A DNA stretch of 33,779 nt from Acidimicrobiia bacterium (GTDB taxonomy: Bacteria > Actinomycetota > Acidimicrobiia > Spongiisociales > JAENVV01). Of this stretch, positions 11,773-21,699 are shown in pieces. Positions within the stretch are counted from its first letter, which is position 1. Every line of letters starts with the position of its first letter. The notes under the pieces were generated by a model. The model was not told where the DNA came from, made no database searches, and saw only the letters and a list, made by a program, of their open reading frames with translations. The DNA is taken from NCBI GenBank assembly GCA_041577335.1, contig JBFGJH010000035.1, positions 1 through 33,779 on the forward strand, in the 5' to 3' direction. The translations under genes were made by a program, and so were the position numbers.

Positions 11773-13257
11773 TCAAGGCACGTAGCGGACGTGCGAGCGG
11801 CGCTCTTCGTCGGCGACCAGCCGGGCGGGCTCCAGATGACGACGCAGTGCCCGCATGGGAATCATGCCGACGATGGCGAGACCCAGCGCGGCCCCGGCCG
11901 CCGCAGCAAACCCATCGGCTATCGCCGCGCCGGTGGCTCCGTCGCCCTCAGCGCCTGCCAGGAGCTCGCGGACCGCCTCTACGTCGCCGATTTGGCGCGC
12001 CACCACGAACAGCATCACCGAGCCGCCTACCGCCGCGCCAACGGCGAATCCGAGGTTGCGATAGAACTGGTGAGCGGAGGTAGCTCTCCCCGACTCGTCG
12101 GCGAGGGTGACCGAGCGGAGCAGCGTGAGGGCGGCATTCGTCGCCATGCCAATGCCCGAGCCGGCGAGCGTCATGACCGCGAACAGGATCCACAGGGGCG
12201 CTTCGACAGCACTGAGTGCGAGCACGGCTGCCAATGAGGTGATCGTGGTTGCGAAACCGATGAGCATGACGGTTGTCTCGGCCGTCCGGTCGAGCAGCCG
12301 GCTCGACAGGTTGGCGCCAAACGTCCAGCCGATGACAAAGAAGAAGACCGACCAGGCAGTCAGGGCCTCGCCGGCGCCTCGGCCACCTCGCACGTACAGC
12401 GTGAAGAAGCTCTGCACCGCAATTCCGCCTGCCAGGAGCAGGGAAACCGACCACGCCAGTAAGCCGTACGGGGGATCGGCGAGATGCCGCGTCTTCATGA
12501 CGGGCTCGGGATGGCGACGGGCGTGGCGGAGATAGATCACGACGAGGCCGCCGGCAAGGGCGCCCCACAGCGCCGACCAGGGCCCGAACTGATCCACGGC
12601 GAACAGCACCGCCACGTTGAACAGCAAGACCATGATGAGGCCGAGGCTGTCAACGCTCGGTGAGCTGGAGCCCGTCAAACGGCCTGGCATGACCCGCCAG
12701 CCGACCAGCAGGGCCAAGGCACCGAGCGGGATGTTGACGAAGAAGATCCACTCCCAGGAGGCAGCGGTCAGGATGAGCGCCGCCAGACCGGGACCGGCGA
12801 CGCCCATGACCCCCCATACCGTCGAGTTCGCGGCGAAGGCTCGACCCACCAGATGTTCCGGATACACGATGTTCACGCCGGCCAGACCGACGGCTACGAG
12901 CGCTCCCGCACCTGTTCCCTGGACGACCCGGCCGGCGATGAGCAACGTCATAGTCGATGCCAGGCCGGCGATGATGGAGCCGGCGATGAACACGACAACG
13001 CCGGTTCGGAAGATGACCCGCAGACCCAACGAATCGATCAGCGCACCCGCCAGGGGCGTGGCAACACCCGACACAATCAGATAGCTGGTAATCACCCATG
13101 GCAGCAGCTCAACCTGGCCCAGTTGAGCTGCCAGCTCCGGGAGCGCGGCTGCAACACCGAGGTTCTCGAACGCAGCCAGGCCCACCAGTGTGAACAACGC
13201 GATCGAGGCGGGAAGAAGCTCACGCGAAAGAACACTGGTGGGCTGCGGCGCGGTCAC
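11773..13257 (-). CDS. MFS transporter (14-TM, DHA2-like)
   Basis: About 14 hydrophobic segments; GALIDSLGLR (motif A), GRVVQGTG, WEWIFFVNIPLG. -10 TAGGGT 6 nt before GTG. Confidence 0.9.
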   Translation of the reverse strand: MTAPQPTSVLSRELLPASIALFTLVGLAAFENLGVAAALPELAAQLGQVELLPWVITSYLIVSGVATPLAGALIDSLGLRVIFRTGVVVFIAGSIIAGLASTMTLLIAGRVVQGTGAGALVAVGLAGVNIVYPEHLVGRAFAANSTVWGVMGVAGPGLAALILTAASWEWIFFVNIPLGALALLVGWRVMPGRLTGSSSPSVDSLGLIMVLLFNVAVLFAVDQFGPWSALWGALAGGLVVIYLRHARRHPEPVMKTRHLADPPYGLLAWSVSLLLAGGIAVQSFFTLYVRGGRGAGEALTAWSVFFFVIGWTFGANLSSRLLDRTAETTVMLIGFATTITSLAAVLALSAVEAPLWILFAVMTLAGSGIGMATNAALTLLRSVTLADESGRATSAHQFYRNLGFAVGAAVGGSVMLFVVARQIGDVEAVRELLAGAEGDGATGAAIADGFAAAAGAALGLAIVGMIPMRALRRHLEPARLVADEERRSHVRYVP

Positions 13258-13312
13258 CGGACCACCCTACGCCTGACGCGCCGGCGCGATGGGGTGCGCC
13301 GACAACGATGTT

Positions 13313-14641
13313 TCAAATGAGGTCCGCCGACACGCACCGGTTGGTGAGGGTGCCGATGCCCTCGATGCTGGTCGTCACCACGTCGCCGTGAGAGAGATAC
13401 GGCCCTTCGGGGTAGGCGACGCCACTGGGTGTCCCGGCGAAAATGAGGTCGCCTGGGTAGAGCGTCAGCACCGCAGACAGGTATTCGATGAGTGCACCGA
13501 CCGAGTACACCATTCGGGAGGTACGATCGTGTTGACGCACCTGTCCGTTGACGCGCGTCTCGATGGTCAGATCCGAGGGATCGTCGAAACGATCAACCGA
13601 CACGACAACGGGCCCGATGGGCCCGAACCCATCAAAAGACTTCCCGAGGCCGAACTGAGGCGGCTGGGCAGCAAACTGCACCGTACGATCGCTGAAGTCC
13701 TGTCCAACGGTGAGGCCGGCCACATAGCTCCAGGCGTCCCCAGCAGGCACCTGCCGGGCAGGAGCTCCGATCACTACGACGAGTTCTCCCTCGTAGTCGA
13801 CCCGGTCGCCGTGCATCACAACATCTTCGTTCGGACCGGCAACGCAGCCGGCAAACTTGGCAAAGACGAGAGGGACAGCCGGTACTTCCAGGCCGGTCTC
13901 GTCGGCATGGGCGGGAAAGTTGAGACCAATACCAAAAACCTGCCGTGGACGCGGGATCGGCGGACCTAGCCGTATTCCCTCGGTCGACCCGTCGGGCTCG
14001 CCGGAGATTTGAAACGTCGCCAGGTCGTCATATCGGGCAATGGCCTGCATCGGGTCTGCAGGGAACGCGCCACTCGAAACCCGCTCGAGGTCGTAGTAGT
14101 CGTGGTCGCGGACCAGGACCGTTCGTCCGTTCACGTTCGCCAGTGCGAATCCGGGTCGTGGGCCCTTCTTCTCTGGACGGGCCTGAGCTTCCTGTTGGGG
14201 CCACACGAGGTCGAATTGCTCCAGGACCATGAGCGTGTCGTCGTCGATGGGATTGCCAAGCCGCGCGAAAAAACGGAGGTGGGCGTCCCGCCAATACTCG
14301 AGGCTGCGATCGCCTTCGCCCTCCAGCCAGGCAAATGTGGCGTCAACGCTGCCGAAGCGAAGGATCTCCACATTGGTCGTCTTCACGATGCACAACGGTC
14401 GGCGAGAACCATCCAAGATGATCTTGTGGTCTCCCGGCTTGGGGAGCGGCTCTCCCTCGTTCAGGTACTCGGCGTACACCCCGGTCGTCGCCCGTTTGGG
14501 GCCGTTGAGCACCAGCCGACCGAGCTCGGTCTGCTGGTCTGGGTTGTCTTCGGCTCCGAAGGCCTCGCTCTGATACCCACCAGCGACTCCGGTTGCCTTC
14601 ACATAGTCGAGCCACATGGCTTCAATGTCGGCTTCGCTCAC
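13313..14641 (-). CDS. ASCH domain fused to fumarylacetoacetate hydrolase (FAH) family domain
   Basis: N-terminal ~150 aa ASCH (LVLNGPKRATT, EGEGDRSLEYWRDAH); C-terminal FAH (IGLNFPAH, VDYEGEL, QDFSDR, GKSFDGFGPIGP, PGDLIFAGTPSGV). One uninterrupted ORF. Confidence 0.85.
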   Translation of the reverse strand: MSEADIEAMWLDYVKATGVAGGYQSEAFGAEDNPDQQTELGRLVLNGPKRATTGVYAEYLNEGEPLPKPGDHKIILDGSRRPLCIVKTTNVEILRFGSVDATFAWLEGEGDRSLEYWRDAHLRFFARLGNPIDDDTLMVLEQFDLVWPQQEAQARPEKKGPRPGFALANVNGRTVLVRDHDYYDLERVSSGAFPADPMQAIARYDDLATFQISGEPDGSTEGIRLGPPIPRPRQVFGIGLNFPAHADETGLEVPAVPLVFAKFAGCVAGPNEDVVMHGDRVDYEGELVVVIGAPARQVPAGDAWSYVAGLTVGQDFSDRTVQFAAQPPQFGLGKSFDGFGPIGPVVVSVDRFDDPSDLTIETRVNGQVRQHDRTSRMVYSVGALIEYLSAVLTLYPGDLIFAGTPSGVAYPEGPYLSHGDVVTTSIEGIGTLTNRCVSADLI

Positions 14642-15591
14642 CGGTCCCTCCCAAATCGATCAAACTCGCTATCCAGGTCTACTCCAGCCTGGCGTGCTGC
14701 GTCCTCGATCTCCTGATCGGGCAGCGGACCCGGGCTCGGCCATTCAGGAAGACGGGACAGCCGTTCGTCGACGTTGCGGATCGTCCATTGCGCCGGAGCC
14801 GACTCGGCCAGCTCTTCCCAGGTGATCGGCATGGAGAGCGAAGCCGCCGGGCTCGGGCGCAACGAGAGCGGCGAGACCACCGTCGCGCCAGGGTGATTGC
14901 GCAGCCAGTCGACGAACACTCGACCGTGCCGGTTCTTCTTCAAGAACTCCATCGTTGCGACGCTGGCCAGCTCCAGCGTCACGAGGCCGGCAAGCGCACG
15001 AGCCGCCATGGCGACGCGTTCCCATGGCGTCTCAAGCAGAATCGGCGCCCACACATGAAAGCCCTTCGAGCCGGTGGCAACCGGCTGCGACTCCATGCCG
15101 AACTCGGCAAGGAGTCGACCAATACCGGCGGTGACAGTTCGCGCTCCCTCCACGTCCCCGGGCTCCGGGTCCAGGTCGATGGTCAAATAGTCCGGATAGT
15201 CGACTCGGTCAACGCGGCTCGACCATACGTGAAACGAAACCGTTCCCTGGTTGGCGAGGTAGGGGACGTCCTGCGACCGGGTGACCACCGGATAGACCGT
15301 CACTCCCCCGTCGGTCTTGGGCACCGAATACCTGTGGATGCTCGCCGGGAAGTGTTCGGCGGCGTTCTTCTGCATGAAGCCCTTCTGGGTGATGCCCCGT
15401 GGATAGCGCTCCAGGGTCAATGCCCGCTGATCGAGGAATGGGAAGATCTGATCCTGGACTTTGGCGTAGTACCCGACCATCTCGCCCTTCGTGACTCCAA
15501 CTTCGGGAAACATCATGCGTTCCGGGCTGGTTATCTCCATGCCGACCAGCCTATTGGCCCGACGACGAGGCGGGGCAGCGGATCGCGTCAC
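14638..15591 (-). CDS. ligD: Stand-alone LigD-type primase-polymerase (AEP) domain protein; no ligase domain
   Basis: TSPERMMFP, TKGEMVGYY, RYPRG, FMQKN, catalytic DLDP, TGSKGFHV, VFVDWLRN. Start could also be ATG 15540. Confidence 0.85.
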   Translation of the reverse strand: MTRSAAPPRRRANRLVGMEITSPERMMFPEVGVTKGEMVGYYAKVQDQIFPFLDQRALTLERYPRGITQKGFMQKNAAEHFPASIHRYSVPKTDGGVTVYPVVTRSQDVPYLANQGTVSFHVWSSRVDRVDYPDYLTIDLDPEPGDVEGARTVTAGIGRLLAEFGMESQPVATGSKGFHVWAPILLETPWERVAMAARALAGLVTLELASVATMEFLKKNRHGRVFVDWLRNHPGATVVSPLSLRPSPAASLSMPITWEELAESAPAQWTIRNVDERLSRLPEWPSPGPLPDQEIEDAARQAGVDLDSEFDRFGRDR

Positions 15592-15660
15592 TCAGAGCTC
15601 ATCGGGTCGGGTCGTGCGCGCACCGCCGACCCTCGCGGCGTCGCGGCCGCCGATCAAGCG

Positions 15661-16560
15661 CTATTTGGCGAGTGCCCCGGCCGGCTCGTTCACAAAGGTG
15701 ACGACTCTCTGCGGAAACGGAATTCCGATTCCTGCCTCGTCGAGTGCCGCCTTGACCCTCTTTGCCACCGCGTCGCGGACTTGCCATTCGACGGCGATCT
15801 GTGGTTCGTGCCAAAACCGGACATCGATATCGATACTGGAACCGCCGAAGGTGTGGACGTATGCCTGCGGAGCCGGGTCGTTCAGGACCCCTTCGACCTC
15901 GCCGGCCGCGTCGATGATGACCTGGGTGGCGGTGTCGAGGTCGGCGTCGTAGTCGACACCAACCGCCAGGGTCGTGCGGCGCGGGCCGAGCACCGTGTGA
16001 TTGACGATTGAGCCTTTCCATACTGTGGCGTTGGGAACAAATACTCGCTCCCCTTCATACGTCTTCAGCTCGACCGCGCGCAAACTGATGTCGTCGACTG
16101 TGCCGGTGAAGCCGGCCGTGGTTACTTGATCGCCTGGCGACAAGGGACGTCGTAGCGACATCAGGATGCCGGCAATGAAGTTTTCGAGGATTCCCTGAAA
16201 GGCAAACGCGAACGCCAGACCGACGAGGCCAAAGATGCCGAGGAGGGGTGCGATGGAAATGCCGACCCGGTTGAGCGCGTAGACAACGCCAAGGCCAAAG
16301 ACCCCGAGACCGGCCGTCCTGCCCAGGAGGCGGGCTATCAGCCCGTCGGCTCGTGAGCCGACGGCTCGTTCGGTGATTCGCTTGGCAACGACGGCGAGCA
16401 AGAATGCGCCGACGAGTATTCCGCCGGCCCAGAGCAACCCCTCGACGCCGATCCTGGAAATCTCGTCGAATGTCGAAGCCTCGGATGAGGGCTCGGATGA
16501 GCCTGGCTGAGCGAGGCGGACACGTGCCGACGCGTGAGGGGTGAGAAGCAACGCTGTCAT
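15661..16560 (-). CDS. Small-conductance mechanosensitive channel (MscS family)
   Basis: GLAFAFAFQGILENFIAG, PLSPGDQV, GTVDDISLR, VPNA, VGVDYDAD, GIGIPFPQR. Confidence 0.9.
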   Translation of the reverse strand: MTALLLTPHASARVRLAQPGSSEPSSEASTFDEISRIGVEGLLWAGGILVGAFLLAVVAKRITERAVGSRADGLIARLLGRTAGLGVFGLGVVYALNRVGISIAPLLGIFGLVGLAFAFAFQGILENFIAGILMSLRRPLSPGDQVTTAGFTGTVDDISLRAVELKTYEGERVFVPNATVWKGSIVNHTVLGPRRTTLAVGVDYDADLDTATQVIIDAAGEVEGVLNDPAPQAYVHTFGGSSIDIDVRFWHEPQIAVEWQVRDAVAKRVKAALDEAGIGIPFPQRVVTFVNEPAGALAK

Positions 16561-16726
16561 GAAACGACCTTTCCTATCGCAGGCACCTGATAGACGTCCT
16601 ACCCGGCTCGGCCGTTTTCAAACATCCCGGGTGGGCGACTCGGTGCGCGGGCCAAGGACGATGACCGCTGTGCCACAATCCGGTACACCCGGTCGGTGGG
16701 GCGGCGGTGTGTTCTAGCATCGCACC

Positions 16727-17512
16727 ATGGCCGATCACTCTGCGCTTGCCACTCTCTTGTACGACGCCCGGCGCGACCTGGCGCCGGTGCCGCCGCTGAG
16801 CGAGACAGATCCGACGCTGACCGTCGAGGACGCCTATTACGTGCAACAAGCACTCGTCGCCAAGCACCTCGCCGACGGCGCAGAGATCGTCGGCTACAAG
16901 CTCGGATTGACCTCCCAGGCCATGCGAGACATGCTCGGCGTCGCCGAGCCGGACTATGCGCCCGTGCTGTCGACGATGGTTTACGACGACGGCACGACCA
17001 TCGACCTCGACCAGTACATCCAGCCCAAAGCCGAGGCCGAGATCGCCCTCATCCTCGGCAAGCCATTGGCGGGGCCAGGAGTGACCACCGAACAGGCGCT
17101 CGATGCCCTGACGGGAGCGACCGCGGCCATCGAATTCGTCGACAGTCGGATTGCCGATTGGCGCATCACCCTGGTGGACACCATCTCCGACCTGGCCTCC
17201 TCGGCAGCCACGGTGCTCGGCACCCGTACCGTCCCAATCACCGACTGGGAACCACGGCTGTGCGGAATGGTGATCCGCCACAACGATGAGATCGTGGCAA
17301 CCGGCGCTGGGGCCGCGGCGATGGGCGACCCCGTCTATGCCGTCGCCTGGCTGGCCAACACTCTCGCTCCCTATGGCATCACGCTCGAGCCCGGGCAGTT
17401 CGTCATGACCGGCTCCCTTCACGCGGCATTCTCGGTCGCGCAAGGCGACGAGGTGCGGGCCGACTTCGACCGCCTGGGCTCGGTGACCATGCGGTTCGAG
17501 AGGCAGATGTGA
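16727..17512 (+). CDS. mhpD: 2-keto-4-pentenoate hydratase (MhpD/DmpE/HsaE family)
   Basis: [54 protein letters not shown]; context with the dehydrogenase and aldolase. Confidence 0.88.
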   Translation: MADHSALATLLYDARRDLAPVPPLSETDPTLTVEDAYYVQQALVAKHLADGAEIVGYKLGLTSQAMRDMLGVAEPDYAPVLSTMVYDDGTTIDLDQYIQPKAEAEIALILGKPLAGPGVTTEQALDALTGATAAIEFVDSRIADWRITLVDTISDLASSAATVLGTRTVPITDWEPRLCGMVIRHNDEIVATGAGAAAMGDPVYAVAWLANTLAPYGITLEPGQFVMTGSLHAAFSVAQGDEVRADFDRLGSVTMRFERQM

Positions 17513-18408
17513 AAGCTCGCTGCGCGATCGTCGGCTCAGGGAACATCGGCACCGACCTCCTGGTCAAGATGCTTCGGTCGGACCAGCTCGAACCCGCGGC
17601 CATGGTTGGCATCGATCCCGCCTCGGAAGGACTCTCCACGGCGCGGGAGCTTGGCATCGCAGCAACTCACGAAGGCGCCGACTGGGTCATCGACCATGCA
17701 GACGAGATCGACCTGGTCTTCGAGGCGACGTCCGCCTGGGTTCACCGGCAGAATGCGCCTCGCTACCAAGCTGTTGGGATCCCTGCCATTGATCTCACAC
17801 CCGCCAAACTGGGACCGTTCGCAGTGCCGCCCGTCAACCTCGGCGCACACGAAGCGGAAATGAACGTGAATCTGATCACATGTGGCGGCCAAGCGACGAC
17901 CCCGATCGTGTATGCGGTCTCGCGGGTAACCGACGTTCCCTATGCCGAGATCGTCTCCACCGTCGCTTCCAAATCTGCGGGACCCGGCACCCGCCAAAAC
18001 ATCGATGAGTTCACCAAGACGACGTCGCGAGCTCTCGTCGACGTCGGCGGTGCTGACCACGGCAAGGCGATCATGGTGCTCAACCCGGCCGAGCCGCCGA
18101 TCCTCATGCGCAATACCGTTTTCTGCGCCCTCGGTGACGGCTACGACAGGGACGCGGTCGCCCAGTCGATCCAAACGATGGTTGCCGAGGTGCAGGCTTA
18201 CGTTCCGGGCTACCGGCTCAAGAGCGACCCGGTATTCGACGAGGATCTCTTCTCCACACCGGGTGGCGACGTCAAGGCGAGAGTCGTCGCCCTCCTCGAA
18301 GTAGAAGGTGCCGGCGACTATTTCCCACCGTACGCCGGCAACCTCGACATCATGACCGCCTCGGCAATCCGCGTGGGCGAGGCGATGGCGCAGAGGCTCG
18401 GGCGTTGA
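17509..18408 (+). CDS. mhpF: Acetaldehyde dehydrogenase (acylating)
   Basis: [64 protein letters not shown] overlaps the upstream stop. Confidence 0.95.
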   Translation: MKARCAIVGSGNIGTDLLVKMLRSDQLEPAAMVGIDPASEGLSTARELGIAATHEGADWVIDHADEIDLVFEATSAWVHRQNAPRYQAVGIPAIDLTPAKLGPFAVPPVNLGAHEAEMNVNLITCGGQATTPIVYAVSRVTDVPYAEIVSTVASKSAGPGTRQNIDEFTKTTSRALVDVGGADHGKAIMVLNPAEPPILMRNTVFCALGDGYDRDAVAQSIQTMVAEVQAYVPGYRLKSDPVFDEDLFSTPGGDVKARVVALLEVEGAGDYFPPYAGNLDIMTASAIRVGEAMAQRLGR

Positions 18409-19427
18409 CCGATTTCCGGCTCACCGATTCGACGCTGAGAGATGGGTCGCACGCGGTTGCCCATCAATTCACGGAGACCCAGGTTCGCAATGTCGTGGCA
18501 GCTCTCGATGCTTCCGGCGTACCGGTCATCGAGGTCTCGCACGGTGACGGGCTGGGGGGCTCGTCGTTCAACTACGGCTTCTCACACACCGGCGAGATGA
18601 GCCTGCTGGCAGCCGCTGTCGACGAAGCGAGCAACGCCAAGATCGCCATCCTCATGCTGCCCGGCATCGCCATCAAAGAGGACTTGCGAGAGGCTCACGA
18701 CATCGGCGCCCACGTGGCACGGGTGGCGACCCACTGCACGGAAGCCGACATATCCGAACAGCATCTCCGGCTCGCCAAGGAGCTCGGAATGGAGACCGTC
18801 GGGTTCTTGATGATGTCCCACATGATCCCCCCTCGAGATCTTCTGGCCCAGGCCAAGCTCATGGAGTCGTACGGGGCCGACTGCGTCTACGTCGTCGACT
18901 CGGCCGGGGCCATGACAATTCACGACGCCAGAGCACGCGTCGGGCTCTTGAAGCAAGAGCTCTCCTGTCAGGTGGGGCTCCACGCCCACAACAACCTGTC
19001 GCTGGCAGTCGCCAATTCCCTGGCCGCTCTCGAGGAAGGTGTCGACCAGATCGATGGTTGCACGACCGGCCTGGGGGCGGGCGCCGGCAACTGCCCGACC
19101 GAGATCTTGGTCGCCACCTGTGAACGGTCGGGTTACGACACGGGCATCGACACTCTGAAGATGATGGACGCCGCCCAAGACGTGGTCCGGCCCATCCAGC
19201 CGTTGCAGGGAATCATCGATCGCGACGGGCTTCTGCTCGGCTACGCCGGCGTGTACGGATCGTTTCTCCTCCATTCCAAACGGGCCGCCGAGCGGTACGG
19301 CGTCGACGTGAAGGACATCCTGCTCGAACTCGGCGAACGTAAGGTCGTGGGCGGCCAGGAAGACATGATCATCGACGTCGCCATGGAGCTACAGCGGAAG
19401 GCGGCGGCTGCCCAACCCCGCGGCTGA
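18405..19427 (+). CDS. dmpG: 4-hydroxy-2-oxovalerate aldolase
   Basis: [57 protein letters not shown] overlaps the upstream stop. Confidence 0.95.
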   Translation: MTDFRLTDSTLRDGSHAVAHQFTETQVRNVVAALDASGVPVIEVSHGDGLGGSSFNYGFSHTGEMSLLAAAVDEASNAKIAILMLPGIAIKEDLREAHDIGAHVARVATHCTEADISEQHLRLAKELGMETVGFLMMSHMIPPRDLLAQAKLMESYGADCVYVVDSAGAMTIHDARARVGLLKQELSCQVGLHAHNNLSLAVANSLAALEEGVDQIDGCTTGLGAGAGNCPTEILVATCERSGYDTGIDTLKMMDAAQDVVRPIQPLQGIIDRDGLLLGYAGVYGSFLLHSKRAAERYGVDVKDILLELGERKVVGGQEDMIIDVAMELQRKAAAAQPRG

Positions 19428-19520
19428 GTCATTCGGCGCGAAAGCCCGACCCGCCGCAGTGTGGGAACCGACCACTGGTTGCGTTCGTCGTATGTCAGAT
19501 TGGGAGACCGGAGAGGGACC

Positions 19521-20858
19521 ATGAGACACAGAACAACACCAGCACGAATCCTGGCGCTACTCGCCGCACTGACAATTGTGGCGGCGGCATGTGGAGCCGA
19601 CACCTCAGGTGAATCGGCAGAAACGGCACCCATCGCAGAGGCAGCAGGCGATGCCACCGTCGCTTTTGAAGCCGAAAGCGCCGCGGAGGCACCGGCGGCG
19701 GAAGACCGTGCTGCGGTCAAGGTCGCTACCTCGGCGCAAGATCTCGGTCGGAGCATCATCTTCACCGCCGACATGGTGGTGGCCGTCACCGACGTGGAGG
19801 ATGCAACCGACGAAGCGATCCGTCTCATCGAGTCCCGGGGCGGCATCCTGTTCGGCCAACAAACCCTCGGGGTACCGGAGCCATCGAGCACGCTGACATT
19901 CCGTGTGCAGCCGGCCGACTTCCAGGATTCCCTGGCGGCTCTCAGCACCCTCGGCGAGGTTCGCTCTCAGAACGTCTCCGCCGACGACGTCACCGAACTG
20001 GTCGTCGACCTCGAGTCGAGGATCTCGACGGCGGAGGTCAGCGTTGATCGCCTTCGGGCGCTCATCGAGGAGGCCCAGGACCTCAAGACGATCACCGACC
20101 TCGAAACGCAGCTGCTGGAACGCGAGACCCTGCTGGAGACATTGCGAGGCCAATTGCGTACGGTTCGTGATCGGGTCGACCTCGCCACCATCACGGTCAC
20201 CTTCACCGAAGCGCTCTCCCGGCCTGCGGTCGACCTTCAGGTGACGGCCTACCCCGGTCACGACGACCAGGGGGCTTCCTGCCCGGGAGCCTCCCAACTC
20301 GCAGTCGAAGAAGACGCCCCGGCAACGGTGTGCTTCGAGATCACCAATGTCGGCGATACGCCACTCACCAACTTCGAGGTTCGTGATCCGGTTCTCGAGC
20401 TGGAGATGGCCGACCTCGTCGTCGTGTTCGGTGATCCCGAGGGAACTCTCGAACCCGGCCAGTTCGTCATCCTCGCCGCAGAAATCAACCCGGAGCGAAC
20501 CCTGCGAACACAATCCCGAGCCACTGCTACCCCGGTCAACCAGGACGGCGTGCCGCTGGAAAGCAGGGACGTTTCCAGCACAACCACGGCGCTTTTACAA
20601 GCCGTCGACCCGGGCGGGCTGCCCACCTTCCGTGATGGACTCCGAGCGAGCTGGGATGCGCTGCTCACCCTGGGTGACTTGATCGTGCTCGTGGCAGGGT
20701 TGTTGATCCCGTTCCTGTGGATACCGGTGGCGATCTGGTTGTTCCTGAGATGGCGGAAAGCACGGCGGACCCCGCCCGCTATGCCGGCACCGGCGACTCG
20801 CCGGGTCGAGGAGGCAGAGGCCGGATCTACCGCTGGTGGTGCTCCGCAAGAGGACTGA
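19521..20858 (+). CDS. DUF4349-domain lipoprotein with inserted Ig-like domain and C-terminal TM helix
   Basis: Lipobox VAAAC-G; DUF4349 pattern (RSIIFTA, TLTFRV, DVT...DLESR, coiled coil, V.LATITV); extra segment with FEITNVGDTPL and LEPGQ; hydrophobic helix followed by RWRKARR. Confidence 0.75.
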   Translation: MRHRTTPARILALLAALTIVAAACGADTSGESAETAPIAEAAGDATVAFEAESAAEAPAAEDRAAVKVATSAQDLGRSIIFTADMVVAVTDVEDATDEAIRLIESRGGILFGQQTLGVPEPSSTLTFRVQPADFQDSLAALSTLGEVRSQNVSADDVTELVVDLESRISTAEVSVDRLRALIEEAQDLKTITDLETQLLERETLLETLRGQLRTVRDRVDLATITVTFTEALSRPAVDLQVTAYPGHDDQGASCPGASQLAVEEDAPATVCFEITNVGDTPLTNFEVRDPVLELEMADLVVVFGDPEGTLEPGQFVILAAEINPERTLRTQSRATATPVNQDGVPLESRDVSSTTTALLQAVDPGGLPTFRDGLRASWDALLTLGDLIVLVAGLLIPFLWIPVAIWLFLRWRKARRTPPAMPAPATRRVEEAEAGSTAGGAPQED

Positions 20859-20870
20859 AGCAACCCGGTG

Positions 20871-20900
20871 GGCCTCCGGTAGCATCCCGCGCCGGAGGCC
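20871..20900 (+). promoter_or_regulatory. Hairpin sequestering the tam SD, with a -10 hexamer in its loop
   Basis: GGCCTCCGG (20871-20879) / CCGGAGGCC (20892-20900). The loop contains TAGCAT and the 3' arm contains GGAGG. Confidence 0.45.
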
Positions 20901-20904
20901 TGCC

Positions 20905-21672
20905 ATGGTTTGGGACCCAGATCAATACCTGCAATTCGACACACCCCGCGAGCGCCCGGCTCTGGAACTGCTCGCTCGAGTGAACCACCCCGGACCCACT
21001 GCGGTCGTCGACCTCGGCTGCGGCCCTGGCACCGTGACCGCCCGGCTTGCCAGGCGTTGGCCCGAAGCGACCATCACGGCGGTCGACAATGACGAAGCGA
21101 TGCTCAACCGGGCAGCCGACGTGCTGTCGGGAGCTGAATTGGTTGCGGCAGACATTCGCACCTACCTGCCTGCCACCCGGTTCGACGTCGTGTACTCGAA
21201 TGCCACGCTGCACTGGCTCGACGACCATGAGGATCTCTTCCCAAGACTGATGACCTGGCTGCGGCCGCGTGGTGTTCTGGCCGTCCAAATGCCCTCGCCC
21301 GACCAACAGCCCAGCCATCTGGCCCTGCTGGACATCGCCTCCGACCCGGCCTGGGCCGACCGGCTGCTGCCACGCCTCCGACGGGGGGCGGTTGCCGAGC
21401 CCGCCGTCTACTACGACCTTCTCGCCGACCTCTCGGCAAAGCTCGACATTTGGTCGGTCACCTATCAGCAAGAGCTCACAGGTAACGACCCCGTCACCGA
21501 ATGGATGAGAGGTTCGGCGCTCCGGCCCCTTTTGCCCGAGCTCGGCACCGAAGAACAGTCTGAGTTCTTGCGGCGGTACTCGAGGGCGGTGGCGGCCCAG
21601 TACCCACCCCACGGCAACGGGATCACGTTGCTCCCTTACAGCCGGCTCTTCATCGTGGCGACCGTGGCCTAG
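20905..21672 (+). CDS. tam: Trans-aconitate 2-methyltransferase
   Basis: WDPDQYLQF...RERP, VDLGCGPG, SNATLHW, LAVQMP, EWMRGSALRP, RLFIVA. Confidence 0.9.
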   Translation: MVWDPDQYLQFDTPRERPALELLARVNHPGPTAVVDLGCGPGTVTARLARRWPEATITAVDNDEAMLNRAADVLSGAELVAADIRTYLPATRFDVVYSNATLHWLDDHEDLFPRLMTWLRPRGVLAVQMPSPDQQPSHLALLDIASDPAWADRLLPRLRRGAVAEPAVYYDLLADLSAKLDIWSVTYQQELTGNDPVTEWMRGSALRPLLPELGTEEQSEFLRRYSRAVAAQYPPHGNGITLLPYSRLFIVATVA

Positions 21673-21699
21673 CTGCCTCCGTCTATGGGTGGGTCAACT

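Noticed and set aside
14638..15591. Complete NHEJ system or phage/plasmid primase
   Set aside because: No ligase, phosphoesterase, Ku, helicase or mobile-element genes in the window.
19433..19451. Terminator after dmpG
   Set aside because: Only a short bulged stem with a GAAA loop and no U-tract; too weak to call.
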